Assembly (NCBI GenBank): GCA_051942205.1
Contig: JAVECO010000147.1
Location: 1-60,512 of the forward strand
Direction: 5' to 3'
DNA: 60,512 bases
Source: Coniocarpon cinnabarinum
Lineage: Eukaryota
Part shown: one piece after another, positions 1 through 11,383 of the stretch
How positions within the stretch are numbered: position 1 is the stretch's first letter
Layout: each line of letters begins with the position of its first letter
Position numbers and translations under genes: made by a program
The notes under the pieces: model-generated
Told to the model about the DNA's origin: nothing
The model's database searches: none
The model's input: the letters and a program-made list of their open reading frames with translations, nothing else

Positions 1-2680
1 AAGTATAAGTAAATTATCTTACTAGAATTAAGATTAGTATTTAAAATAAAATTATATATTAAAGCTAAGTATACTAAAAAAAAAGTAATTATATTATTCT
101 TCTTTTTTATAATAAAGTAAAGAGTTATTACTACTACTACTTTTTAGAGATTTAATTTAAAAAATTAGTAATTCTTATTTTTTATTATTAAGACTTTTTT
201 TAAAATATCTATATAGTAAGCTTTATTAGTTTTCTAAATATCTATACTTTAATTTAGAGCTTTTATACTTTTTAATATAAAAGCTAAAGCGTTAGATTAA
301 ATAAGATATTAAAAAATATTAAAAAATAAAAAATTATAAGTAAAGATTAATAAAGATATTAAGTAGTAGTAAGAGTTAAGATTATAATCTATAAACTTTA
401 AAGTATCTACTACTATTAATACTATAAATTTAAATAAATAGAAAGAATATATTAGTATTATTATAACTATAGTAGTCTTATTAATAATTTTTATTACTAA
501 ATTTCTACTATTTAATAGTATTAATTTAGATAGTAGTTCTAATACTTATTAATATTAGAAGAATTATAAACTACTACTTTTTTTCTAATAAAGTTATTTT
601 TACTATAATAGGCTATTAAAAGCTAACTATACTTATTAACTTTAATATAAAGATATAAGTAGTATCTCTAGTAGTATAGAAAGATAGATTAATAGTATTA
701 CTAGAATAATGTTACACTATACCTTATAGAATACTAGGACGTAGTATATATACTTATATAATAGTATAAAGGCTATAGCTTTTAGACGTATTTATATATA
801 TTTACTCTCTAGAGGTATATAGATTCTCTAAAGAATCTAGAGGCTTTAGAGGCCTAGATATTCTAAATACTCTAAATACTACCTCTTAGTAGAGTATATT
901 TATATATATTTTAGTTTATATAGTTAAATAGTAAGCCTACCTTTTTTAGGTTTAATATTATTTAAATTTAAAATTAACCTAACTTATAGTTAAGACTTAT
1001 AACTTAATTACTTATAAGTTATAATATACTAGTACTTTTTTAAGTAGATATATTATATATATATATATATATAATTAAAGTATATAAAGCGTAACCTATA
1101 TAATACATATATTAGTTATTCTCTTATCTACTATACTTATTAGTACTATTCTCTATAACTTACCTTATTAGCCTAAAGCCTATATTATAAAGTAGTTTCT
1201 ATTCTTCTAGGCTAACCCTAGGTAGAAGCTTTAATATAGGCGTTATATTTGCCTATCTTATTAAAGCTACTACTACTTATGCTAAGTATATTAAAAAAAA
1301 TATTTAGATAATTTATTAATAGCGCTATACTATAACTAGTAATCTAGTACTACTTATAGTAGTATAGTAATTATAATACTAGGCACCTTATAAGTAATTG
1401 CTATTACTTATATTTCTTAGTTCTTAGTAGTAATATTATAATACCTTTTTTTAGTATTAATATAGTAGTAGCTAGTATAATTATAATATATACTATCTAA
1501 GTACTTCTAATACTCTAGCAACTAATTAACTATATATTCTACTATCTTATAATTATTATAGTAACCTACTACTTACTTTTTAAGGTATATTATATAAGTT
1601 ATATAATTATATAATAGTAAATTAACGTCTAACTTATAAGAGCGTTTTTTTTAGATTACTATTATAGTAGTAGTTATATCTATCTACTTATTTAGATAAT
1701 AACTTTACTTTTATTATATAACTTATTTAACTTTTAGCTAATTACTTACTATATTAATAGTAATAAATTAAGCTTTTTTTTTTATTAATTCAATATTTAT
1801 AGTAATACAATTAACAACTAGATTATCTTTATAAAAAAGGCGCTTTATATTATTTACTATTTTTTAGATATTATACTAACTAACTATAATAATACTAGAG
1901 TTATTATAATATATATAGCTCTATAAAAGCTTTTTTTTATTTTTAATCTTAATCTTTAGTCTATATCTAAATACTTAATATTAATACTATACTAATTTTT
2001 TTTTACTATATACCTATAAGTTATTACTATTAAAATTAGTAGTAAGGCGCTTTTTCTCTTCTACTTACTTAGATAATATAAAAGAGATATTATAAGAGTA
2101 GTATATATTACTTTTTTTCTAAATTTAATAAATTAGTAGCTATTATTTAGTATTATTAGTATAACCCTATTTATAGTACTATAGTTATAAGTAAGGCTAC
2201 TTAATTAGTAGTAGTAGCTCTTATATAGATAGTAATTAATATTAATAGAAAAAAGAATATAGTAAATATACTTTATAATATAGTTAAAAGGTCTTAAATA
2301 GTAATAATAGTAGTTATAATAATAATAATAATTACTACTAAGGTATCTTTAAGTAGTAGTAATTTAGTAGTAATTTAAGTATAAAGCACTCTAGTTATTA
2401 ATATAGTTACTAATTCTTTTATCTAATCTTAGGTCTATTAAAGTAACCTATACGCCTTACTACTATTAACGCTAACTTACTTCTACTATATAATTACTTC
2501 TTCTTCTTCTTCTTTTTATAAGTAGCCTCTATATAAGCAGCTATCTTATAAGTAGCCTTCTTATAAGTAATAGTAGTAGCTTTTATCTTCTTAGTTATCT
2601 TTACCTACTATACTACTAACTACTTCTTTAATAGCGCTATTAATACTAATTAACTACCCTATACCTTAATTACTTATATA
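1..2680. mobile_element. RIP-degenerated repeat/transposon relic (AT-rich block); element class not identifiable
   Basis: Very low GC, dense TpA and near absence of CpA/TpG. There is no ORF of 60 aa or more. Composition shifts to normal over ~2680-2900. This is the established signature of repeat-induced point mutation in ascomycetes. Confidence 0.85.
1054..1073. repeat. (TA)10 microsatellite inside the RIP block
   Basis: Read directly from the sequence. Confidence 0.8.
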
Positions 2681-2689
2681 TATACAAAA

Positions 2690-3250
2690 GAACAGCTTTA
2701 AATCTTTCTAATTAGACTAAAAAAAACCATTAAAAACGACAATAACGATAAGATAAGTAATACTAACGAAGCAGCTTAATTTACTATAGAGGACACTAGG
2801 AAATTTGAGCCAAGCAATTTGCCAAGGAGTTGCTGATGATAGTTATCTAGCAATAGCGGAGATGCAGCTAGGACGAAAAGAGTTATACCGCGATCTACTT
2901 TGCATGCCTCCACAAATACTTGTCGCGTCTTCCAACGTAATCTTTATAGATTACCTGAGTTCCGCAGCCACTCATCGAACACAGAAAAGTGCCGATGTTC
3001 AAAGAAATTGACGCTGAAGCAAGGTTCTCTCGATCCTGCCGAGAGACTCCCCTCGGTTATTCGATTTAAAAGAGCAGAAGACGAAGATTCCACACGTCAA
3101 AAATAAGTCGTTGCCATTTTGTCAGCAGTACCTAAACAGCGTTGGAATTCTCAACCACGATATTTAATGATCATGGGTATATTTACTGTGTAGGTAATAT
3201 GGATATCTTCGTACGATCTTACATAGTTCGGAGCCGACTCCGGATTCCAT
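2690..3250 (-). pseudogene. Probable gene relic damaged by RIP leakage (unknown protein)
   Basis: ATG at 3250 downstream of a TATAAG (~3313-3320). A phase-compatible 55-nt intron 3186-3132 (GTAAAT...TTTAG) leads into one frame running into the RIP block. That frame has three in-frame stops (TGA 3099, TAA 2946, TAA 2778), each one C->T away from CGA/CAA. Confidence 0.35.
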
Positions 3251-3473
3251 ATCATTGATGTCGTCATTGCTTTCATCTGTGCCTCTAGATCTTGTGAAGG
3301 CAACCGTTTTAAGCTTATATACTCCTAATCCTTGCCATCCAAGCTCATAAAGTACCGAATCGACTTCTGTTCTGTCAAGGTTCTCCCACTTCAACAAGCT
3401 GCCTCGAATTAATCCTTTCGTGGTACTTCTGCTCGCCACAGTTCCGATCCTTTTCCCCCAACTCCTCGGAAAC

Positions 3474-4139
3474 ATGTCGACCAACAGCTTCCTCGCGCGT
3501 ATCTTGCGTCCGTTCACCACTGGCACTGCACGATTTGGTCCGGCAGAAGCCGGTCAGCGCCCTGAGATTCCCGACACCGCACAGAAGTGCACCGTCGCCG
3601 CTGGCTGCTTCTGGGGCGTAGAGCATCTCTACCGAAAGAACTTCGATGGCAAGGGTCTCCTTGATGCTCGCGTGGGCTATATCGGTGGTGACACATCGAA
3701 CCCTTCCTACCGAGCTGTATGCACTGGACGCACTGGACATGCAGAGGCTCTGCAGATGTTTTTCGATCCTGAGCAGCTGAGCTACCGCACGCTCATCGAG
3801 TTCCTGTACAGGATGCATGATCCTACTACAGCAAACAGACAAGGCCCAGATGTCGGCTCGCAGTATCGTAGTGGGATATTCTATCATGATGACGAGCAAA
3901 AGGCGGAAGCCGAGAAGATTACGAGACAGGTGCAGCAGCAGTGGTTCTCGAAAGGACAAGTGACGACTGAGGTTCTACCCGCAGGCCAATGGTGGGATGC
4001 TGAAGATTATCACCAGAAATACCTGGACATCAACCCGGGTGGTTATGAGTGCCCTAGCCACTTCATAAGAAGCTTCCCGCCATTGAAGGACGATGAGGCG
4101 CAGAGCCCAAAAGACAGTGTGATGGGTGGTGAACAATGA
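3474..4139 (+). CDS. msrA: Peptide methionine sulfoxide reductase MsrA (Mxr1), probable mitochondrial presequence
   Basis: GCFWG catalytic motif plus HAEA, HDPT..NRQGPDVGSQYRS and AEDYHQKYL. The first ATG is at 3474 (the ORF track starts at a GTG). The N-terminus is Arg/Ser-rich and free of acidic residues. Confidence 0.96.
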   Translation: MSTNSFLARILRPFTTGTARFGPAEAGQRPEIPDTAQKCTVAAGCFWGVEHLYRKNFDGKGLLDARVGYIGGDTSNPSYRAVCTGRTGHAEALQMFFDPEQLSYRTLIEFLYRMHDPTTANRQGPDVGSQYRSGIFYHDDEQKAEAEKITRQVQQQWFSKGQVTTEVLPAGQWWDAEDYHQKYLDINPGGYECPSHFIRSFPPLKDDEAQSPKDSVMGGEQ

Positions 4140-4197
4140 GGGAGGCCAGATTTTTGGAATTGTATTGATACATGAATTACGATGTCGGATTGCGCCT

Positions 4198-4924
4198 TCA
4201 CTCTTGCACAAAGAGACCCCAGTCCTCGATTTTGAAGCTCTCGAGGAGTTTTGTTTGATATTCTCGCGCGCGGGACATCAGCGGACCGACTCGCTTTTCA
4301 GCAAATACAATGTCGTCAGGACTGTAATCTCCTTGCGCGTGCGGGACGTTGATAGATATGACGAGATCCGTCTGCTGCTCTTTGAGGCGTACTAAAGTCA
4401 TCAGAATGCCAGTGAAATTGACAGGCGGCTTTCCAGAGCGCGCAGCGGCAGGTGGCTGAGCATGTGGTGTCTGAGTCGCAGTCAGATTGTACGTGGAGAT
4501 TGTGCTCCCAAAATTAGGCAATGTGATCTGGCCGCACTCCCAGACTTGGGACTCTTCCTCGGATTCAGTGCCTTCGCGCACATGTCCCTCTTCTGTAATG
4601 TCTTTGTAGTGGTACAGTAAGGCTTGTTCGTCAGTATCGATAGGATGACCAGGGCGTTCGACGCGCTCAAGGATGTCAAAGACGATCGACATGAGCTGTG
4701 TGCGATGCAGGTAAACCTCCTGATTGTCAGGAACTTCACGCAAGGTGCTGCGCAATTGTTTTATTAGACTCCATCACGGCCTGAGAGCACAGCATGAGAG
4801 CTCACCTGACATCGCCAAAGCTCAATGGCAATTCTGCAGTCATGGCGCCTCCAAAAAGTTCAGTCCTTTGGTATCCTTCGGTCCCGCCAGCAAATTGCTG
4901 TACTACGTCTGCCTGTGTGTTCAT
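4198..4924 (-). CDS. mog1: Ran-interacting Mog1 (Mog1p/PsbP-like) protein
   Basis: Exon 4924-4806 (LFGGAMTAELP..FGDVS), intron 4805-4748 (GTGAG..CTAAT..CAG), exon 4747-4198 (TLREVPDNQEVY...LVRLKEQQTDLVISINVP...DWGLF). Confidence 0.9.
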
Positions 4925-5733
4925 GGTTGGATGCACCAAAGTGATATGTTCAGACGTCTGGAAATTGACAATTGAAGATGAACAACATCTGGCTGTTGAC
5001 CTTTGAATTGCAGCATTCTATATACACGCTCGGCAAGGCGCCAGTGTCGATTGGAAACCTAGCAGGCAACGAAATCTAGACCGCGCATGGATGACACAGG
5101 CGTTCTACCTACATCTATTACAGGCTGAACACTCCTTGACACACCTCGACGCAGCTTTTGCTCGATGCGTGTGGGTGACGCGAGCAGTAAACTTCGCTGA
5201 GTTTTGGCATTGGGGCGCAATACTTTTTTCAAATCGATACTTGGCATTACGTCACGTGATCATATCTCCCACAAGCCCAAAGGTCTACAGTCACGATTCC
5301 TTGTCCTTTCTCTAATAGCGCTTTAGACCAATTTGAGAGTTTTCAACTCCAGACTTTATAGAGAGGCGTCTGAGTGTTCTGGACTGCTCTAGTGTTAATA
5401 CTGAAGACGCATCCCCATGATTGTCAGGCTCACCTCCGGCAGCCAATGTCCTCTTTCAGTGCAGTGCTCGGGGTCCAGCCGATGCAAACGTCAATGAATG
5501 TTTGGCCTTTTCTCTTCCTCTGAATACTGGAGCTCGAAGCTCGGCCGCTCCTCGTGTTGTGCTTGTCGAACCTTCGTCTGTTCCTGCTTTTCGTGTTTCA
5601 GATGAGACTCGGCGTTTTTGCCGTGTATGCTTCGTGGCCTCAACACAGTCTATGTATTCCTCTGGTGGCTGATTGGCGTTGTGATGGCATTTCCTGCTCA
5701 CGGATGGATCCAGAAATCTAGTGCCTCGGTGGT

Positions 5734-5861
5734 TCGGAATTGATGACGCATATCAAGGCGCCAAGCCTCAATAATTGATGAAGCATATCTATACCAAAGC
5801 CATGGTTTCAAACCGTTTCAACTCAAAATGCAGTGTCAAACATTGTTATGTCTGATTCCGA
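5734..5861 (+). ncRNA. Candidate box C/D snoRNA
   Basis: TGATGA at 5741 and CTGA at 5852 are closed by a perfect 6-bp terminal stem TCGGAA/TTCCGA. Internal CTCA (5767) and TGATGA (5776) could be D'/C' boxes. No target was identified. Confidence 0.3.
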
Positions 5862-6107
5862 GAGTACAATCTAGATCGCCGTGAACAGAACCTAAGAATG
5901 CAGTGGCTACAACTCATCTGACACCGTGTCCTGGGGTCCTCACACGAAGTCACGCTTGCGGTGAGTACATAACACTGTGACGAGTCCGCACCGTTATTCA
6001 AGACACGGTTTCACAATTTGCATGTCGCTTAAAATCTATTCTCATGAAACTTGCTCATGTACCAAGCGACAGGCAGTTTCTCGATCAAGTCCTTTCCACA
6101 TTCCAAT

Positions 6108-7235
6108 ATGGAGACCGGGTCGATGCTAAGGCGGCGAGCCGTAGAGCAAAATCTTCCTGCCCCTTCAGAGGCGCAGACTACTAGCCGGTCATCAGTCAAT
6201 GTCTTCGAACTCATTACATGGCAGCAGCTCGAGTCATGGCAGAAAGACAACCAGTACATTGTCTCATATTATCGTAGCCACCTGTCATCTGTCAGAAGAT
6301 GTCTTCAGTCAGTGTTCGCACTCCACAATGAAACCGTTAACATCTGGACCCATGGCCCAGGCGTGCCTCTCTGGTCAGTCTCTATGCCCTGAAGGCTTTC
6401 GTATCCGAACCGACCCATATTCCTATACCGGACAACGCGACCCTCGCCCATCGATGCACAATAACTCAGGTCGTTCAAGCGCGGTGTAGGCTGACTCAAT
6501 GGTTATAGGGTTTACATGCTCACGGCTTTTACATCAGAATCTCATCCTCATGCGCGCTACTTCGACATTGCTGCGATATACACACTTTATGTCTCGATCC
6601 TGATATGCTGCCTTTGCTCCACATTGTATGTCATTCACGCTCATGCTTGCTGCAGTTAGGATCTGATACTCGGATGAAGACATCACATCTTCAGCCCGCA
6701 CAGCGCTTACGTCTACAATCTTTCTGCTGATCTGGACCATCTCGGCATTGTCCTCGTCATTTGGAGCTCTACAATAGCAGTCATATGCTTTACATTTTCA
6801 TGTCATCCTTACCTTCAGCTCTTTTACACCCTTGTCGACACCTTTTTTGCAGCAGGTTGTTGCTATGCAATGTTCACGCCGGCGTTTCAATCTAGTGAGG
6901 GTGCGAAGATCAGAGTTACGTTCTTCATTGGCCTCGGCGTTTTCGTCTGTGTGCCCGTCGCACATGGTGCATTCGTCTACGGTCTCGGCGCACTGAGTGA
7001 GGTGGTAGCACTTAAATTGGGGGTCGTCACTGGCCTCATGCACCTCACAGGAGCACTCCTATTCGGTTTCCGGATTCCAGAACGCTGGATGCCTGGCCGA
7101 CTTGACCTACTCGGCAACAGTCACCAAATCATGCATGTGTTTGTACTGGTTGCAAACTTTGTGTGGAGTATCGGCGCTGTGAAAGCTCTGGAATACTGGG
7201 AAAATCTGCGAGCTTCAGGTCTTGCGTGCTCGTGA
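6108..7235 (+). CDS. PAQR / haemolysin-III family (Izh/adiponectin-receptor-like) 7-TM protein
   Basis: Exons 6108-6373, 6509-6625 and 6680-7235 splice into one frame. The PAQR motifs present are [27 protein letters not shown] and [19 protein letters not shown]. An alternative in-frame ATG lies at 6057. Confidence 0.9.
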
Positions 7236-7452
7236 GATCCTAGATGACCTTGTCTGCAGCTAGATACAACAAAATCCGCTCACCGGCCCTTGACTCAGTT
7301 GCTGATTCCTTATCGCCATTGATCTGCCATTGTCACTTCGGTGTCTACATCGCCATCGCTGCTGCGTTGCTCTCCCCTGCATTTCCGGGCACAGCCGTGG
7401 CTGTGAACTGCGCTGCAACCGGACTAGGGCTCACAGAGCTACCCATGGGTAC

Positions 7453-8088
7453 CTACATCACCGGTACTGCAGGATTTGGGACCGGACCCAGTGCGTTCGC
7501 TGTAGCGTCGTCTGTCTGTCGAAAGAAGATAGCACCACTAAGTTGACCTTGCGGCGTCATAGGAGAACAAGCCCTCACGGTTGTACCGTCGACCACGGCC
7601 GAGTCAGAGCAATCAGTGAGGACGCCATTGACGCAGTTCATCAAGGGTGTGAATGTCAAGTAGCCGACCAAGGTTGGAGAAATGCAGGTGTTGTAGGTCT
7701 CTGCGTTGGGCGTGCCCAATGTCGTGCAGGCCTCGACAGGGAATGGAATTCCGGCGGTGGACGCAATCATTTCGAAAAGCGAAGCGGTATCGTCCGGGCT
7801 GAGGGTAACGTTGGCGACACCAGTCTGATCGACGACAGTGCCATTGGCAAGTTGAGGTGCGCAAGTACCGCCGGGACAGTTTGGTGAAGCTGCGGCAGCT
7901 GTATCGTTGCAGATGATTGCAGGACCAACGCGATAGTCGTATGATGCAGCGACGGTGAGATTGTTGAGGCCTGTGGTCGTAGAGCCACGCTCTGTGTAGT
8001 TCTGAGGAATGACAGTGAAGGTATTGCAGAAGGCATTGACGGTGGGCGCGCCCAGAATCAGAGAGGAAAACAAGAATGCCTTGGCCAT
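7453..8088 (-). CDS. Secreted cysteine-rich hypothetical protein (~211 aa)
   Basis: ATG 8088 gives a signal-peptide-like MAKAFLFSSLILGAPTVNA. The protein has 9 Cys, several N-x-S/T sequons and a Thr/Ala/Pro-rich composition. Confidence 0.8.
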   Translation of the reverse strand: MAKAFLFSSLILGAPTVNAFCNTFTVIPQNYTERGSTTTGLNNLTVAASYDYRVGPAIICNDTAAAASPNCPGGTCAPQLANGTVVDQTGVANVTLSPDDTASLFEMIASTAGIPFPVEACTTLGTPNAETYNTCISPTLVGYLTFTPLMNCVNGVLTDCSDSAVVDGTTVRACSPMTPQGQLSGAIFFRQTDDATANALGPVPNPAVPVM

Positions 8089-8983
8089 CGTGCCTGTGAA
8101 CGATTTGGCTTTTTGTGAGTGGGTGACCTTCGTGTTGTTGGACGAGCGGGGTGTGATCAGTGTGCTGTGGTCAAGCAATACGAGAGATCAATACGATGTT
8201 TTACATCAGCTAAGATGGCCGTAGTTATTAGCATTTCGAAAGGAGCAGCAAACATTAATGAAAGGAAATGAAGAGCATTAAATTGTTCACCTGCCTCATC
8301 TCAGCTGCCTACATGCATGTGAGGATCTGCGTACCCCCTCCAAGAAGTTCTTGGAAATGCAACCCCCATTCCAGTGCTACGCTGGGCATGCAAGCATTAC
8401 TGCAAAAGCCTTGTAGAAAGGTACTTGGCGCACTATGATTCAGCGTCTCACGAGTTGCAAAGGGTTTTTGCCGCCGTACTTATGGCCACGTGACCCAAAT
8501 TGTAAAAGCTCGTCGCCCAGACTGATCTTCGTCGCCCACGTTTGCCCTTGATCTATAGCTTTTTTGCAACTAGATCAAAAATGTCTCACGAATCATTTCA
8601 GATTGGACGGCAGTGATCCTGCTCGCGTTCGTCGAAGAATCCTCGGACGAACTGTTTCATTTGGTCTGCTTCATGAAGGAAACACAGCGCTTTGTGGTTC
8701 CAAGCAAACGTAGCGTGAAACGTACGCCCCCATGGACAGTTCTTCATAAGAATGGGACAGTGAATTTAGGTAGACAAAGAAGAGTCATGAAGACTCTTGG
8801 CCTATTCATTTGTTGCCAGACTCACTGACGTCACTGCTCTTGCTTACACGGCATACACGCAGATGCTCTCTTCCTAAACCATACTCGACAGGGAATCGCA
8901 CATAGCTGACAACGTCCTAGAGTGAGAGTTTTAAACTGCTCTTCAACGTATCTTCAATTTTTTGGTCGTCTGATCTGTGTTGC

Positions 8984-10727
8984 ATGGCAGAAAGTCAGAG
9001 CACACATGTCAATGGAGAGGGAGAGCTTGAGTCATTCCGCCGTCAATGGCAAGAAGAAGTGAGAAAGGGGAAGAGAAGTAAGCCGACACATGCTCCTAGC
9101 TCTCGAAGCAACAATGTGGGCGCGAGCAGTAGTACTTCAAAACCAAGCACAAAATTAAAGCCGCCTGCTGGAAGCGCCATCCCCGTGCAACATGACGAGG
9201 ATGACTCGGGACCTGAGCAAGGTTATCATGACCCTGAGAACAAGGAGGACTCACTGAGGCTCAGTAGCAGTCCAGTAGCAAGAAAAGCTGCCACTGCAGT
9301 TACTGAGCCACAAAGTGCTCTAGAGCATTACGAGATGGCAGTAGAGCGTGAGACGGCGGGCAATTTGGGAGACAGTGTTAGCCATTACAGGAAAGCTTTC
9401 AGGGTAAGCATATCTAGGGATCTCCCATGTTCAAGGTATCATGTTACGCGTGCTAAGAAGCATAAAGCTGGACTCTGGTGTCACCGAAGCGTATAAGAAG
9501 AAGCATTTCCCAGCTCCTCCGAAGCCTGCTTCAATACCGCACGCACAGCCAAACCCTTCTAACGCCTCTGCTACGGTGCCAAATACCGCCCACCACTCGC
9601 TAGCCGGCAAGGTGGGCGAGGGGCAGGATGCCGCATCCGCCAGTCTGAATGATCTCCTTGCTGCGTTCTCGACCCTCTCTATTGCTAGTGCTGATCCAGT
9701 CATTGAACATACCCCAGCGCCACCTTGTCCCATCGCCAACCTCCCATCTGAAGTCCTCCTCCGCATTCTCCAAGCATCAGCCGATATTGACGTAGCGATC
9801 CTTCCTTGCTTAGCCCTGGTATGTTGCAAGCTCGCCTATCTTATCACAACCGAAGACTCCCTTTGGAAGCCCACCGTCCTTTCATCACCCAGCAGCATCT
9901 TCAACATGCACTATCGCTACACGCTCACGATCCCGCATTCAACAGTCAATCTCGCCGCAATCGACCCTTTCGCCCTCATTGACCCACGCGCTCAAATCCC
10001 AGATCTCACCCCATCCACCTACCCAACCTACCGCGCACAGTTCCGCCACCGCCCCCGACTACGCTTCGGCGGCTGCTACATCTCCAACAACAACTACACC
10101 CGTCCCGGCGTCCCCGCTCAAGACCGCAAAACCTGGAACAGCCCCGTCCACATCGTGACGTACTATCGCTACCTGCGCTTCTACCGCGACGGCTCATGCA
10201 TCATTCTTCAAACCACCGCTGAACCGGGCGACGTCGTGCACCATCTTACGAAGGAAACGCTCGAAGACGAGAAGCGCCGCGAGAAGGAGCGACATGGCGC
10301 AGCGACCGCGAATATGCCATCGGTCGTTATGCGCGACGCTCTCCTCGGTCGTTGGCGCCTCTCAGGTCCGGCATCCGGACCTGCGCCCCGTCTCGAAGAC
10401 GAAGACGAGCTTCTAGGCAAACGACCAGGCGAGTACGCCAAAGAGCCCGTCTCCGTCTTCGAGAGCAGTCTCGTTGACGACGTCGAGCCCATCGAGGACG
10501 AAGGCACCCTACACGTTGAAACTGAGGGCGTCAACTCGAAGTACTTGTGGAAGATGGAGTTTGCGATTGGCAGCAGTGGACGGCGGGACGGGACGCGGAA
10601 CAATCGACTGGCGTGGCGCGGATTTTGGAGCTATAATCGCTTGGCTGATGATTGGGGTGAGTTTGGACTGAAGAATGACAAGAGTTTGTATTGGAGTCGG
10701 GTGAAGAGTTGGGGCATGGGTGAGTAG
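8984..10727 (+). CDS. hrt3: F-box protein Hrt3/Pof7 (FBXO9-like)
   Basis: Exons 8984-9403 and 9468-10727 (intron GTAAGC..GCTAAG..AAG). Motifs: ELESFRRQWQEEV, ALEHYE.AVERE..GNLGDS..HYRKAFRLD, F-box LPSEVLLRIL, RPRLRFGGCYIS..NY.RPG, VHIVTYYRYLRFYRDGS. Confidence 0.9.
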
Positions 10728-11383
10728 GAGACGCTTGGTTTGAGTTGGGGAAGAGGATTAGTACTGTTCGCATAGAAAGTTTGACTACAAGTCCCTTGCC
10801 CTGATAGAGACATTGACGCTGATACAGCCGTTACTCACGTATCTTGTTTCCCTTGCTGTTGGATGCAAGGAGCAGTCATAGCTTGGAAACTCGTTGCCAC
10901 GATCAAGGTAAAGATGGAGGTTTGCCCAAGCACAGCAGTACCCTCCATTGGGCTATCCCATCCCAATCTGCACGCTATTATAACCTCCGACACGCCTCGG
11001 AAGATTTTGCAGAGCTGTTAACAACTACTGCGTGCTGAGAAGCTCGGCTGTTCCCTGGCATTACCTTGTTCTAGCCTTGTCGACTAGATTATTGCTATGT
11101 TTTTGTTATACAATACGCCGGCAATCAACCTTTTTTTGTTTTAGCATTAAGTTAGAAAAGTCGACCAGGCTTTTCTATTGCGTTATCATGACACAGCCCA
11201 CACAACGTCACGCTAACTTTTACTTGTCTGATTTTTATAGAGCAAAGTCGTAGTTTGAGGCTCAGCCTCGTGCTGTCGAACAAAGTGATCACTCTACATC
11301 ACTGCGAGGCAACGTCACAGCCAAGCTGCTTGCGTAAATGTCGTTGAGATTCCTATATGTCGCTACATGCACACGTCCTCTCT

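Noticed and set aside
710..1026. Solo LTR starting TGTTACAC
   Set aside because: No convincing 3' terminus or matching target-site duplication can be read through the RIP damage.
5309..5755. Minus-strand frame around ORF 5456-5701 that stays open past one TGA
   Set aside because: No ATG, low-complexity product and no recognisable family; it also overlaps the snoRNA candidate.
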